In this document: one piece after another, positions 1 to 8,168 of the stretch
Layout: the number at the start of each line of letters is the position of its first letter
Numbering within the stretch: the first letter of the stretch is position 1
Source of the DNA: a virus
Lineage: Duplodnaviria; Heunggongvirae; Uroviricota; Caudoviricetes
DNA length: 20,469 nucleotides
Virus record (IMG/VR): IMGVR_UViG_2671180724_000020
Strand: one strand, 5' to 3'
Program-made: the position numbers and the translations under genes
Notes under the pieces: generated by a model
Databases searched by the model: none
What the model was told of the DNA's origin: nothing
What the model saw: only the letters and a program-made list of their open reading frames with translations

Positions 1-74
1 CCCGTAACGCCTCTGCCACGCGCGTAACGTGACAGGGATTAAGGGTAAACTAATTGATTTTGCAAGTTTTTATT

Positions 75-1361
75 TTACCCAGCTTTCTTATGGGGCATAC
101 ATGGGACACTTTCAGATAGTCTTTTGTTAAGGAGTTCTATCTGTTCGTGATTGTTGTCTTTCATCCATGCTCCGTAAACATTGAATACCATTTGTGCGTT
201 TGTGTGGCCCATCTGGCTTGCGATAAAACTAGGATTAGCTCCAGCGGCAAGTGACCAGCATGCATAAGTATGCCTGGATTGGTACGATTTTCTGTGTCTC
301 AGACCTGCGCGTTTTAAGATACTTGTCCATGACTCCCTGATGGAGTCAACCTTATAGTGCGGTCCGGAAAACTGCCGCTGTTTTATTACCTGAGGACTAA
401 AAACAAAAGTGCATTTATGCACAGTACTTCTCCCATATTCCCTCTGCTTTACCTCTACAGAATGTTGCTTTCCAAGCATGGTCATTTCCGCCTGACTTTT
501 AAGAGCATCAATAGCTGGTTGAACCAGATGAATTGTCCTTCCGGTGCCAGCATCGGTTTTTGGTGGAGTGAATTCGCCAAGTTTTGTATAATTCCTACGG
601 ATGGTTATAGTCCTTGCTTTAAGATCTATATCTTCCCATGCCAGCGATACCAGCTCCCCGTGACGAATACCCGTGTATACAGCGAGAATCCACAGGTTTT
701 TTGTTTGTTGATGACGGCAAGCCTCAATAAAACGAATAAATTCGTCACGGGTGAGAGGATCTGGTTTTACCTTGGACTTTTTTAAGGGTGCCAGACCGTT
801 AAATGGGTTTCCTGAGGTATAACCATTATCTGTTGCAAATTGAAACATTCCAGCTATGGTTGTCATATAGTAGTTTACTGTGACCACTGAGCGCCCTTTT
901 ATGGAAGAAATCTTTCCATTAGAAAGCTTTTGGTAACCGGTCAACAAATCTCTCCTTGCGAAAAGTAAATCCTCTTTTGTTATGGATGAAACCAGTTTTT
1001 TCTCACCCAACATAGGCAACATGTTTTTAATTACTGACTGGTAACGATTAAGTGCATTCGCACAAATCTCAATTTTCTTAAGGTCCAACCATTTTTCCGA
1101 AAGTGCCTTAACGGTTATCTCTCTTTTTCCCAGACCAAAGTGTTTCAGGTTAGGGGAATTAGGGAACTGCGCGGCGTAGTCGAAACTCCCCATTCTGATT
1201 GCAAAACAAACGGAAGTGCGAAGTTCACCAGCGATCTTCCGGTTTTTGGCTGTGTCAGGAACACCGAGGTTTTCTCTGACACGTTTGCCATTATAGTGAA
1301 ACCATATACGGAGTGATCCTCCATGGTTTTCAACGCCTGTCGGGTATGATGCGTTACTCAT
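75..1361 (-). CDS. int: Phage tyrosine integrase (site-specific recombinase)
   Basis: 428-aa ORF at the edge of the prophage. The C-terminal region has tyrosine-recombinase signatures (...HELVSLAWEDI..., ...SRHTYACWSLAAGANPSFIASQMGHTNAQMVFNVYGAWM with the catalytic Tyr in VYGAW). GGGAGG lies upstream of the ATG at 1361. An excisionase-like gene sits immediately upstream. Confidence 0.9.
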   Translation of the reverse strand: MSNASYPTGVENHGGSLRIWFHYNGKRVRENLGVPDTAKNRKIAGELRTSVCFAIRMGSFDYAAQFPNSPNLKHFGLGKREITVKALSEKWLDLKKIEICANALNRYQSVIKNMLPMLGEKKLVSSITKEDLLFARRDLLTGYQKLSNGKISSIKGRSVVTVNYYMTTIAGMFQFATDNGYTSGNPFNGLAPLKKSKVKPDPLTRDEFIRFIEACRHQQTKNLWILAVYTGIRHGELVSLAWEDIDLKARTITIRRNYTKLGEFTPPKTDAGTGRTIHLVQPAIDALKSQAEMTMLGKQHSVEVKQREYGRSTVHKCTFVFSPQVIKQRQFSGPHYKVDSIRESWTSILKRAGLRHRKSYQSRHTYACWSLAAGANPSFIASQMGHTNAQMVFNVYGAWMKDNNHEQIELLNKRLSESVPCMPHKKAG

Positions 1362-1394
1362 TAAACCTCCCAGACGTCCAGGAGCATTAACAGG

Positions 1395-1649
1395 TTAACC
1401 GGAACTTGCATTTTTGGCACCTGGTTGTTTCTGGTTTTCGATCCATCGCATAATTTCTTCGATGTTGTACAGGCATTCACTGTAGTGCCCCGGATCACCT
1501 TCTACAGCGTAATGGCGGTATTCTTTTCCCTGCATCCATGACTTTCTTCTTGCCCGCTCAATGGTGCCAGGCTTTAGCCCTGTTGATGCAATGAGGACTC
1601 TCTCCGTACACCATTTGCTGGGGGTTATCTGATAGATGATTGTCTGCAT
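1395..1649 (-). CDS. xis: Excisionase-like protein (Xis, DUF1233-like)
   Basis: 84-aa ORF directly upstream of int on the same strand, with GAGGT 5 nt before the ATG. The sequence (IYQITPSKWCTE...GTIERARRKSWMQGKEYRH) resembles the enterobacterial prophage excisionase family as I recall it; position also supports the call. Confidence 0.6.
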   Translation of the reverse strand: MQTIIYQITPSKWCTERVLIASTGLKPGTIERARRKSWMQGKEYRHYAVEGDPGHYSECLYNIEEIMRWIENQKQPGAKNASSG

Positions 1650-1667
1650 GCCAACCTCATAAAATTT

Positions 1668-1802
1668 TCATCCACGGCAGTGGCACCACACTTCAAACAT
1701 TCGCTTCACAACTTCACGACAGTAGAAGCCGTCAACATCTCGCGTCAGGTCATAGCGATTGCCGTAACGCTGGTGGACCCATCGTTCAAATGCTTTATTC
1801 AT
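1668..1802 (-). CDS. Small hypothetical protein (44 aa, Cys/His-rich C-terminus), absent from the ORF track
   Basis: My own translation of the minus strand gives MNKAFERWVHQRYGNRYDLTRDVDGFYCREVVKRMFEVWCHCRG. A strong RBS AAGGAAG lies 7 nt upstream of the ATG, and the ORF fits exactly between the stop of the upstream gene (1806) and the xis start (1649). Confidence 0.4.
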   Translation of the reverse strand: MNKAFERWVHQRYGNRYDLTRDVDGFYCREVVKRMFEVWCHCRG

Positions 1803-1805
1803 TCT

Positions 1806-2048
1806 TTACTTCCTTTTTATGGCTCGTAATTTTTTCAGGTGCTTTTCCTGCTCAGTGTCCGCGAGAATTTTGCGGTACTCCTGGTGGTCAATATGTTCGA
1901 ACAGGCAGTTTAACTCACCAATGCGTACCCGCCCGGATCGTCCGTCCATCCGTCGAAAGAACACTGAGCGCTCAGTGATGCGAGTAATCACCACGGGGTA
2001 TCCAGCTCTGTCCGTGTATATCTGACCGCGTTGAATCAAAGCGAACAT
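1806..2048 (-). CDS. Hypothetical small phage protein (80 aa from the ATG; the track ORF begins at an upstream TTG)
   Basis: ORF in the leftward operon. The first ATG (2048) is preceded by GGGGAT. No family confidently recognised. Confidence 0.5.
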   Translation of the reverse strand: MFALIQRGQIYTDRAGYPVVITRITERSVFFRRMDGRSGRVRIGELNCLFEHIDHQEYRKILADTEQEKHLKKLRAIKRK

Positions 2049-2132
2049 GTGGTTATCCCCATCGACAAATCGAGAACACAACAAACGCTGCTGCGAATAC
2101 CACCCCCAGAGTTACGATTGCATCAGGCCAGC

Positions 2133-2876
2133 TCATTGATTCACCTCCTGCCTGTCGTCCGGCATTCGCTCACTACAGCTTATCCAACCATCCGGAGTTA
2201 CCGGAACTTGTGGAATGGCTGTCTGCTCTCGAACGTCATTAGGCGCTATAGGTTCTGCTGCCAACTGACTGGCATATTTGTTAATGGTAACGATAAGCTC
2301 TTGCTCAGCCTCATCCAGACAATCACCGATACCTCGCCTGTCACCGTCAAAATCATCGAAATCGGCACGAATCCTGGCAACCTTCAGGATTGCGGACAAC
2401 ACCTCACTAGGAATTGCCGGATAGTTGGTTGACGTTTCCGCGATTTCCCGAAAATTATTGGTTGACGAATTCTTGTTTTCCCGAAAGTTTCCGGACTGAA
2501 GCATGGCGGCGCGGCAGGCGTTCCATATTTCGGCAGCAATATCGCGCTCGCTATCGGTTAATTTGTACGTGGAAACATAGCCAGAGAGCATTTCTACGTT
2601 TTCCGGAGTTGCTTCTTCCGGCACTACCGGCGCTGGCGGGGCGATGCGTCCAAGCAACTTATTTACCTCTTTCGCCATCGCGTCATATTTATCTAAATGG
2701 CGATTAGCTTCTAAGCAGACTCGGCGCATCTGATCTGAGTTAACTCGTTTAACTGGATCTGCTTCCAGCGATGCCAGCGCAATCCGTGCCAGTTCCATTT
2801 GTTCACCACGGGTAAGCCCGTTTTCAAGCGGATTTTTAATGAACAATTCAATACGTTCTTTGGTAATAGTGGTCAT
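2133..2876 (-). CDS. Hypothetical phage protein, paralog A1 (247 aa)
   Basis: Strong RBS AAGGAG 7 nt upstream of the ATG at 2876. Shares an N-terminal motif (MTTITKERIELFI...LARIALASLEA) and a near-identical ~143-bp internal segment with the ORF at 3152-3559. Confidence 0.75.
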   Translation of the reverse strand: MTTITKERIELFIKNPLENGLTRGEQMELARIALASLEADPVKRVNSDQMRRVCLEANRHLDKYDAMAKEVNKLLGRIAPPAPVVPEEATPENVEMLSGYVSTYKLTDSERDIAAEIWNACRAAMLQSGNFRENKNSSTNNFREIAETSTNYPAIPSEVLSAILKVARIRADFDDFDGDRRGIGDCLDEAEQELIVTINKYASQLAAEPIAPNDVREQTAIPQVPVTPDGWISCSERMPDDRQEVNQ

Positions 2877-2886
2877 GTGTTACTCC

Positions 2887-3150
2887 TTAACCCGCAGTGC
2901 TTTCAACTGATGAGGGGAACAAAATCTTTTCATCAAACCCTGCATTCATATCATGAACAGCAACACACCAATCCATCGACGAACGATTATCAAGAGCCTC
3001 CATGATTTCATCCATGCGGCGCAGGTCATACAGGTAAATGCTTTTATCGCCAATGGTGTAAAAACCAATTTTTTTCGGTGATGGGCAGCGATCAAGAACG
3101 TCCTGTAATTCGTTCAACCATGCCCGTTCTTTTTTTGTTAAAGTTGCCAT
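2887..3150 (-). CDS. Hypothetical small phage protein (87 aa from the ATG at 3150)
   Basis: RBS GGAAAGGAGAGTGAT immediately before the ATG. The start region is identical over 19 nt to that of the gene at 3556-4071. Tightly packed between paralogs A1 and A2. Confidence 0.65.
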   Translation of the reverse strand: MATLTKKERAWLNELQDVLDRCPSPKKIGFYTIGDKSIYLYDLRRMDEIMEALDNRSSMDWCVAVHDMNAGFDEKILFPSSVESTAG

Positions 3151-3151
3151 A

Positions 3152-3559
3152 TCACTCTCCTTTCCCATGAAGCATAGCGGCGCGGCAGGCGTTCCATATT
3201 TCGGCAGCAATATCGCGCTCGCTATCGGTTAATTTGTACGTGGAAACATAGCCAGAGAGCATTTCTACGTTTTCCGGAGTTGCTTCTTCCGGCACTATCG
3301 GCGCTGGAGGGGCGGCAAATAGATATCCGCCAAAGTCAGGAAGCTCTCCAATGGCCTGTACGAACTTTTGTTTGCCTACGTCAACTCCTAATGGGTAATG
3401 AGCTATAATCTTTGCCACCGGCTCTGCTTCCAGCGATACCAGTGCAATTCGTGCCAGTTCTTCCGCTTCTTCTGCTGGCAGTACAACGTTGCTACCCGGT
3501 CCGTATGTTTCGCGCCACTGCTTGATTGTCAGCAGTCGCCCTTTGGTAATAGTGATCAT
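3152..3559 (-). CDS. Hypothetical phage protein, paralog A2 (135 aa)
   Basis: RBS AAGGAA; its ATG overlaps the stop of the upstream gene (ATGA). Shares the segment APPAP(V/I)VPEEATPENVEMLSGYVSTYKLTDSERDIAAEIWNACRAAML with paralog A1. Confidence 0.75.
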   Translation of the reverse strand: MITITKGRLLTIKQWRETYGPGSNVVLPAEEAEELARIALVSLEAEPVAKIIAHYPLGVDVGKQKFVQAIGELPDFGGYLFAAPPAPIVPEEATPENVEMLSGYVSTYKLTDSERDIAAEIWNACRAAMLHGKGE

Positions 3560-4071
3560 GCCGCGTTTCCTTCTTTCTTATTAACAATCACACCGTCATA
3601 TATTTCATTAAGGTGCCCTCTCAACTCCATGCGCCTTAATGCAGATAACATGTAATCGCATTCAACCTGCTTATTCCCAGTAAATGGCTTATCGTCAGGA
3701 TTACCCCAACAGCAATTACCCCTGGGCCATCCATGTACTTTCCGTACTCTTCCGTTAACAACGTGAAGTAATCCCCAGCCGGGAGGTAAATCCTCAACTG
3801 AAATAATTTCCGGCTCACTAATAAAGAATCGCCAGTCGCCCATGCCAAGTGAGGGATTTTTACGGAAACGCTTTTTTCTATCTGCCAACAAGTCAGCACG
3901 AGAACACTTCGCCTCTATCAGGCATGATGCTGAATTTCTGAATCCCATAGCATCTGGCTGTTCTCCGGTACTGGTTACAGCAACAAAGCGGTCATGAAAG
4001 CAAACCTTGAACCCGTTGCGCTTAAGGAACTTGTACGCAATCTGACAGAGTTCGCGGTGTGTTAACGCCAT
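3556..4071 (-). CDS. Putative PD-(D/E)XK-fold nuclease-like protein (MmcB-like)
   Basis: 171-aa ORF with strong RBS AAAGGAGAG. Contains a D...(I/L)EAK-type motif (FHDRFVAVTS...ASCLIEAKCSRADL) typical of restriction-endonuclease-fold proteins. The family assignment is from memory. Confidence 0.5.
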   Translation of the reverse strand: MALTHRELCQIAYKFLKRNGFKVCFHDRFVAVTSTGEQPDAMGFRNSASCLIEAKCSRADLLADRKKRFRKNPSLGMGDWRFFISEPEIISVEDLPPGWGLLHVVNGRVRKVHGWPRGNCCWGNPDDKPFTGNKQVECDYMLSALRRMELRGHLNEIYDGVIVNKKEGNAA

Positions 4072-4072
4072 A

Positions 4073-4858
4073 TCACTCTCCTTTGATGCGAATGCCAGCG
4101 GCGCGGATTGCAGCGATGACTTCAGAAACTTTGTATGCCATTACCGTTTGGTAATCATCGTGAAAATCTGTTCGATGAAGCATGCTGCTACGTTCCGGGA
4201 GCGATATTTCCCGAGCATCCAGTTCCTTAACGCGTTCCTCCAGTTCGTAGACCCTGCATTGTTCTCTATCATCAATCAGATATAACCCAAGACATTCGCT
4301 TTCTACCCAACCGCCAAAATCATGATCGTAACGCTCACATGAAAACTCACCGTCACCGTCCTTTGTTGGAATGGTGTAACTATCTAATGGGCCACCATAT
4401 GTCGGCACATTCCCCAATGTTGGATGCTCAATCCACATGAAAAATGCACGTCCGGTTATTGGGCAAATATCTGGCCGCCATTGGTTACGAACAGCCTTGG
4501 TTTCGGATAATTCTTCAGCGTGTTGTTTTACTTCCTCAAGCTCAACTCTCAGCTTCCCTACCGTTAGCGCAATATCCTCGTTCTCCTGGTCGCGGCGTTT
4601 GATGTATTGCTGGTTCCTTTCCCGTTCATCCAGCAACGCCTGCACTACTTCAGGGTTGAAAGCTGCGATATAACGCGCGTTATTCTCTGCGTTTTCCTGT
4701 CCATCAAAGCCGGTCCATTTGATAACGTCTTCACATCGTTTATCACCGGGTGTATGCACCGCATATGTACCAGTACCCGACGAAATAAATGCGACCCATT
4801 CGCCCTGCGTGGCCTGTTTTGCTATCTCACGCAGTGCCTGATAGTCAATTTCGCTCAC
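4073..4858 (-). CDS. Ead/Ea22-like family protein
   Basis: 261-aa ORF with an N-terminus MSEIDYQALREIAKQATQGEW... characteristic of Ea22-like proteins of lambdoid prophages. GTG start preceded by AAAGGAG. Location between xis and the immunity region matches lambda ea22. Confidence 0.7.
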   Translation of the reverse strand: MSEIDYQALREIAKQATQGEWVAFISSGTGTYAVHTPGDKRCEDVIKWTGFDGQENAENNARYIAAFNPEVVQALLDERERNQQYIKRRDQENEDIALTVGKLRVELEEVKQHAEELSETKAVRNQWRPDICPITGRAFFMWIEHPTLGNVPTYGGPLDSYTIPTKDGDGEFSCERYDHDFGGWVESECLGLYLIDDREQCRVYELEERVKELDAREISLPERSSMLHRTDFHDDYQTVMAYKVSEVIAAIRAAGIRIKGE

Positions 4859-5159
4859 TGGTTGTCTCCTTTGCTGGGCCTTCTAACTTCTGAGTGGTTA
4901 TATCAAACTCAAACAACTTAACCACGTCATCAAACAGGACATAATCGCCATCAGAATCTTCAGTCATGTCAGCGCCACAATCCTGACCGCACGAGTCGCA
5001 ACCATCCATATCAAGCTCGTATCGCTTCAGGTTTGCGATATTTGATAAATTCAGCGCCAGTACAGCCAGGTCATAAACCTCTTCGGCAGTGACATCGCTG
5101 TTCAGTCCCATTTCATGGCGATATATGATTTTTTCTACTCGTTGTTTTGTGATCGTCAT
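4845..5159 (-). CDS. Hypothetical phage protein (104 aa) sharing the MTITK N-terminal motif
   Basis: Internal ATG at 5159 gives MTITKQRVEKIIY..., resembling the N-termini of the ORFs at 2876 and 3559. Acidic Cys-containing C-terminal half. Confidence 0.6.
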   Translation of the reverse strand: MTITKQRVEKIIYRHEMGLNSDVTAEEVYDLAVLALNLSNIANLKRYELDMDGCDSCGQDCGADMTEDSDGDYVLFDDVVKLFEFDITTQKLEGPAKETTSERN

Positions 5160-5430
5160 TTTTCTCTTCACTCCGATATACAAGGATTACCACACCCCCT
5201 CTGCTGATTGCGCGAGCTGGATCCCCTGGTTCCATGCCGTCAATTCCGAAGGCTTCGGAAAACGCATTCATTGCCTTCTGGCGTTCATCCTGCTTACGGC
5301 GTTTATTCCATTTTTTCAGGAACAACAGCGACAGCCACCGTCCGCTGCAGAACACGATGTAAAAATAACCAAGGAGCGCCAGGCCGACATTCAGGGCCGT
5401 TTCTATGGTTAGTTGTGAGTCAGTTGCCAT
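5113..5430 (-). CDS. Small putative membrane protein (105 aa)
   Basis: ORF with a hydrophobic N-terminal segment (ALNVGLALLGYFYIVFCSGRWLSLLFL) followed by a basic stretch. It overlaps the start of the downstream gene by about 46 nt, so the exact extent is uncertain. Confidence 0.45.
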   Translation of the reverse strand: MATDSQLTIETALNVGLALLGYFYIVFCSGRWLSLLFLKKWNKRRKQDERQKAMNAFSEAFGIDGMEPGDPARAISRGGVVILVYRSEEKNDDHKTTSRKNHISP

Positions 5431-5650
5431 TTCTTACCTGTTTAAGTAACTGGTTGAACATAACACTTAACGGCAGATTGTTTACGCAGTACAGAATCAT
5501 TTTGTTTTTTTCTCCAGTTCGTACTATTAACCCATTCCACAATAACCGTGATAATTCATTACTGATAGAAGTTGCGCTTCTTCCAAGTGCGAGGGATATA
5601 TCTTCTCTACTGCAATCTGGATTTTCCTGGATATGCTCGATAACGGTCAT
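5420..5650 (-). CDS. Small helix-turn-helix-like protein (76 aa from the ATG at 5650)
   Basis: In-frame ATG at 5650 is preceded by AAGGG and avoids overlap with the upstream gene. The sequence (CSREDISLALGRSATSISNELSRLLWNGLIV) looks like a winged-helix DNA-binding element. Confidence 0.5.
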   Translation of the reverse strand: MTVIEHIQENPDCSREDISLALGRSATSISNELSRLLWNGLIVRTGEKNKMILYCVNNLPLSVMFNQLLKQVRNGN

Positions 5651-5660
5651 GTGGTCCCTT

Positions 5661-6242
5661 TTACTTAATATCTGTTTCGGATTGCATGCCATGAGTATTC
5701 ATTTCGTTAATAATTTCATCCAGAAGGATTTCAAGCCCTTCTCGACCCATATCTGAAAGAATGAAACCTTTATCAGGGGAAGTAGTGAGCATTTTCTGAT
5801 AAAGAAACAGCGCTCTTCCCATTCCTTCAGCTTCGCCGTATTTTTGAATTAAATTCCATTCAATATACTGTTGTAAGGCAAATCGAATGGGGCCGGGATA
5901 TATCGTCATAAACCCATACATCCCGTTATATACCACGGCGTGTTCAGTTGTTCCGTGTTCATTCAGGATATCAATTGTGCCGTTCTTGTCTTCTTCTTCG
6001 TTGATGAATGTCGTCACATACAACCATCGCCACTGAGCAACCTTCATCTCAACCGGAAGTTTACCCAGTAATCCTGCTTCGTCGGCTTGCGCCAGACACT
6101 GAAGGATACGTAAACCTCGCACATTAGGAGTATCGAATTCTCCGGCATCCAGACGACGTATGGCGTCGTGATAATCAATCGTCATACTGCCAGTTCGTAT
6201 ACCATTGGCTGTTGCTTCAGCCTGGAATTCATCGTATTGCAT
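5661..6242 (-). CDS. Hypothetical phage protein (193 aa)
   Basis: Long ORF with diverse composition in the leftward operon; its start lies 6 nt from the stop of the upstream 62-aa gene. No family recognised. Confidence 0.7.
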   Translation of the reverse strand: MQYDEFQAEATANGIRTGSMTIDYHDAIRRLDAGEFDTPNVRGLRILQCLAQADEAGLLGKLPVEMKVAQWRWLYVTTFINEEEDKNGTIDILNEHGTTEHAVVYNGMYGFMTIYPGPIRFALQQYIEWNLIQKYGEAEGMGRALFLYQKMLTTSPDKGFILSDMGREGLEILLDEIINEMNTHGMQSETDIK

Positions 6243-6247
6243 GATAT

Positions 6248-6436
6248 TTATTCCTCATCTTCATCTTCATCTGCTGGTGCAATAACGTCATATCCTGCCT
6301 TTTCTGCAATAAACAGGAATGTTGAAAGAGTTCCTACAAATTCATCGTCATGAACATGGCGAATGAATATTACTTTCCCGTTTTTGATGGTCAGCAATAC
6401 TCTGGTTTGTTCGTGTTCTGCTGTTTTCTGATGCAT
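6248..6436 (-). CDS. Small hypothetical protein with acidic C-terminal tail (62 aa)
   Basis: RBS GGGAGATAATA before the ATG. C-terminus ...APADEDEDEE. Probably translationally coupled to the downstream 193-aa gene. Confidence 0.6.
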   Translation of the reverse strand: MHQKTAEHEQTRVLLTIKNGKVIFIRHVHDDEFVGTLSTFLFIAEKAGYDVIAPADEDEDEE

Positions 6437-6630
6437 TATTATCTCCCGTATGCTTTACGCAGAAATAAGCAGGCAATATGCATGTAATTTTCACCGTATT
6501 GTGCAATAAGGCAGGCGGTCTTGTGTGATGCCATATTCTTTATAAAAGTCACAATAAAGCCTCCTGTGGATTAAGGTTGTAACAATCCCCGGCGATAAAA
6601 CCGCAATAAACGTTCAGGGCATATTTGTTG

Positions 6631-6996
6631 TTATTGCGCTAATTCTTTTTCGGCAGCAGCTTTTGTATACTCACATGCAAAACTCAGAATTTCGCTGCCG
6701 AGTGTTTTCGTTTCGTGATTACTGGACATATGTAATACCTGTGTTGCATGCAATAAATGATAAACATTTACCGCAAATGAATCAGGCTCCAGGCAAATGC
6801 CTTCGTAATTATCTTGCTGTGAGGTTGTTTCTGTCATTGCTCCTGAAGTGCATACGAGCCTGTTTTTGACAATTCTCTTTTCTCTAATCACTATATCGGC
6901 AACATCTATTGCCTTTACAACCTCCGGGAGAAGTTCCGGGTTTGTATAATCAAAGTCATCAACATGGAGAACAGTTATGTTTTCGAACTTTTTCAT
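6631..6996 (-). CDS. Hypothetical protein (121 aa) in AT-rich accessory block
   Basis: ORF with GAGGAA upstream of the ATG. Lies in a locally AT-rich segment between the leftward operon and the immunity region. Confidence 0.6.
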   Translation of the reverse strand: MKKFENITVLHVDDFDYTNPELLPEVVKAIDVADIVIREKRIVKNRLVCTSGAMTETTSQQDNYEGICLEPDSFAVNVYHLLHATQVLHMSSNHETKTLGSEILSFACEYTKAAAEKELAQ

Positions 6997-7175
6997 GGCT
7001 TCCTCAGCTGACTTATATGTCCTGCTATATAGCGAGTCTCAGAAGTGTTTTCATATTGAGACTGTTTCCGCAATGATTGATAATCAGTTACCGGATGCTT
7101 ATCCGTGTCCGGCGCACGACCACACGTAGCCGCGTGTTGGTCCCCATTTTCAATTCAGCTCTCAATGGAGGATAA

Positions 7176-7403
7176 ATGATTAACGCAGAGCAACTCGAAA
7201 AAGAGATTTCAGAACTCAAAAAAGAATTAATTTGGCACAAAGTTGCTATCTCCGCATTAATTCGTCAGGTAGTTTCACCTGAAGATAAAGTAAAGTTTAT
7301 GAAGCAGTTCTCATCTTCATCAAAGGAGTTTTTCACTGACGAGGTTCATCCAGAGGCTGGATTTTGGATCCGTCAATTATTTTCGCAAGATAAGCGTAAA
7401 TAG
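7176..7403 (+). CDS. Small hypothetical protein (75 aa), opposite strand to its neighbours
   Basis: Very good RBS (AATGGAGGATAA then ATG). Helical, Lys/Glu-rich N-terminus. Its 3' end overlaps the minus-strand gene 7333-7575 by about 71 bp. Confidence 0.5.
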   Translation: MINAEQLEKEISELKKELIWHKVAISALIRQVVSPEDKVKFMKQFSSSSKEFFTDEVHPEAGFWIRQLFSQDKRK

Positions 7404-7575
7404 CGTCATCAATACTCGCGTCGCTCTTGAATTTAAGAGCGATGCTCTTTATATCCTCTGAAATTATTACCAGATCACCATATGTTATATTTTTATTATT
7501 GTGCGCAGTGCTTTTTTGTATGAAATCAAGCAATTCACCAATGAGACAAATATGGTAAGCATCACAGTTTTTCAT
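7333..7575 (-). CDS. Small hypothetical protein (80 aa), translationally coupled to the upstream HTH gene
   Basis: Its ATG (7575-7573) overlaps the TGA stop of the HTH-XRE gene in an ATGA arrangement. The track ORF starts 2 codons earlier at a TTG. Confidence 0.5.
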   Translation of the reverse strand: MKNCDAYHICLIGELLDFIQKSTAHNNKNITYGDLVIISEDIKSIALKFKSDASIDDAIYAYLAKIIDGSKIQPLDEPRQ

Positions 7576-8033
7576 GCGCAAGTATCCCCACCTGTTGGTT
7601 TACCAGTTAACAGCCACATCGGATCGCAGCCAAGAATATTTGCCAGTGGGATAAGCATACTGATAGTTGGTTCATACTCTCCGCTCTCCCACTGGATGAT
7701 AATTTCTTCATCGAGATCGAGCAGCCTGGCGAGTTCGGCGGTTGTTAAGCCGCAGGCTTCGCGTTGGGTGCGAAGGTTAACCAGCCAGCTTTCAGGGAAG
7801 GATTGTTTTTGTTGTGCAGGAGAAGCAGCAGATAGAGCATATTCATGGATAAATTCCATTACCTCAATGCCCAGTTCCTTTGAGCGAGCACAATCCAGAA
7901 GATGGAATGTGCGTACAGCACTTAGCAAATTTGCAATATTTAATGCAAAGGAATCAAGTTCTAAGCCCTTAAGCGTAACACAGCCGCAGTTGATAAAATT
8001 AGTTGTTTCTGGAGTTGCTTTTAGTGTCTTCAT
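7572..8033 (-). CDS. HTH-XRE domain protein with an uncharacterised N-terminal domain (153 aa from the ATG at 8033)
   Basis: The C-terminal region (LRTQREACGLTTAELARLLDLDEEIIIQWESGEYEPTISMLIPLANILGCDPMWLL) is a typical XRE-family helix-turn-helix. It is the first gene downstream of the PL-like promoter at 8087-8115. Confidence 0.75.
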   Translation of the reverse strand: MKTLKATPETTNFINCGCVTLKGLELDSFALNIANLLSAVRTFHLLDCARSKELGIEVMEFIHEYALSAASPAQQKQSFPESWLVNLRTQREACGLTTAELARLLDLDEEIIIQWESGEYEPTISMLIPLANILGCDPMWLLTGKPTGGDTCA

Positions 8034-8086
8034 ATATCCGCCAACAATTTTAAATTGAATCAAATCAAGTTATAATTGATGGTGCG

Positions 8087-8115
8087 ATATTATGTTTTGG
8101 GAAACAGGCTGTCAA
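8087..8115 (-). promoter_or_regulatory. Near-consensus sigma70 promoter directed leftward (PL-like early-left promoter)
   Basis: On the minus strand: TTGACA, a 17-nt spacer, then TAATAT. ACTTGAT-type operator-like motifs, matching those in the cI-cro intergenic region, lie near the -10 side (8054-8070) and upstream of the -35 (8123-8128). Confidence 0.55.
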
Positions 8116-8144
8116 GAAAAAATTGATATCGTATATTTCAGGCA

Positions 8145-8168
8145 GAAAAAAAACGGGCAAAGCCCGTT
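8145..8168 (-). terminator. Rho-independent terminator downstream of cI
   Basis: On the minus strand: ACGGGC, loop TTT, GCCCGT, followed by a run of 8-9 T, beginning about 12 nt after the cI stop. Confidence 0.6.

Noticed and set aside
1-74. Possible attL core at the left edge of the window
   Set aside because: Only 74 nt lie outside the integrase gene and the right end of the prophage is not in the window, so no duplicated core can be identified.
357-785. 142-aa plus-strand ORF
   Set aside because: It lies entirely antisense within the integrase gene, has a low-complexity hydrophobic translation and no RBS; it is a shadow ORF.
1145-1333. 62-aa minus-strand ORF
   Set aside because: It is an alternative frame inside the integrase gene with no independent start signals.
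1640-2084. Plus-strand ORFs 1640-1978 and 1819-2025
   Set aside because: They are antisense to well-supported minus-strand genes with RBSs, and their translations are Arg/Ser/Cys-rich low-complexity sequence.
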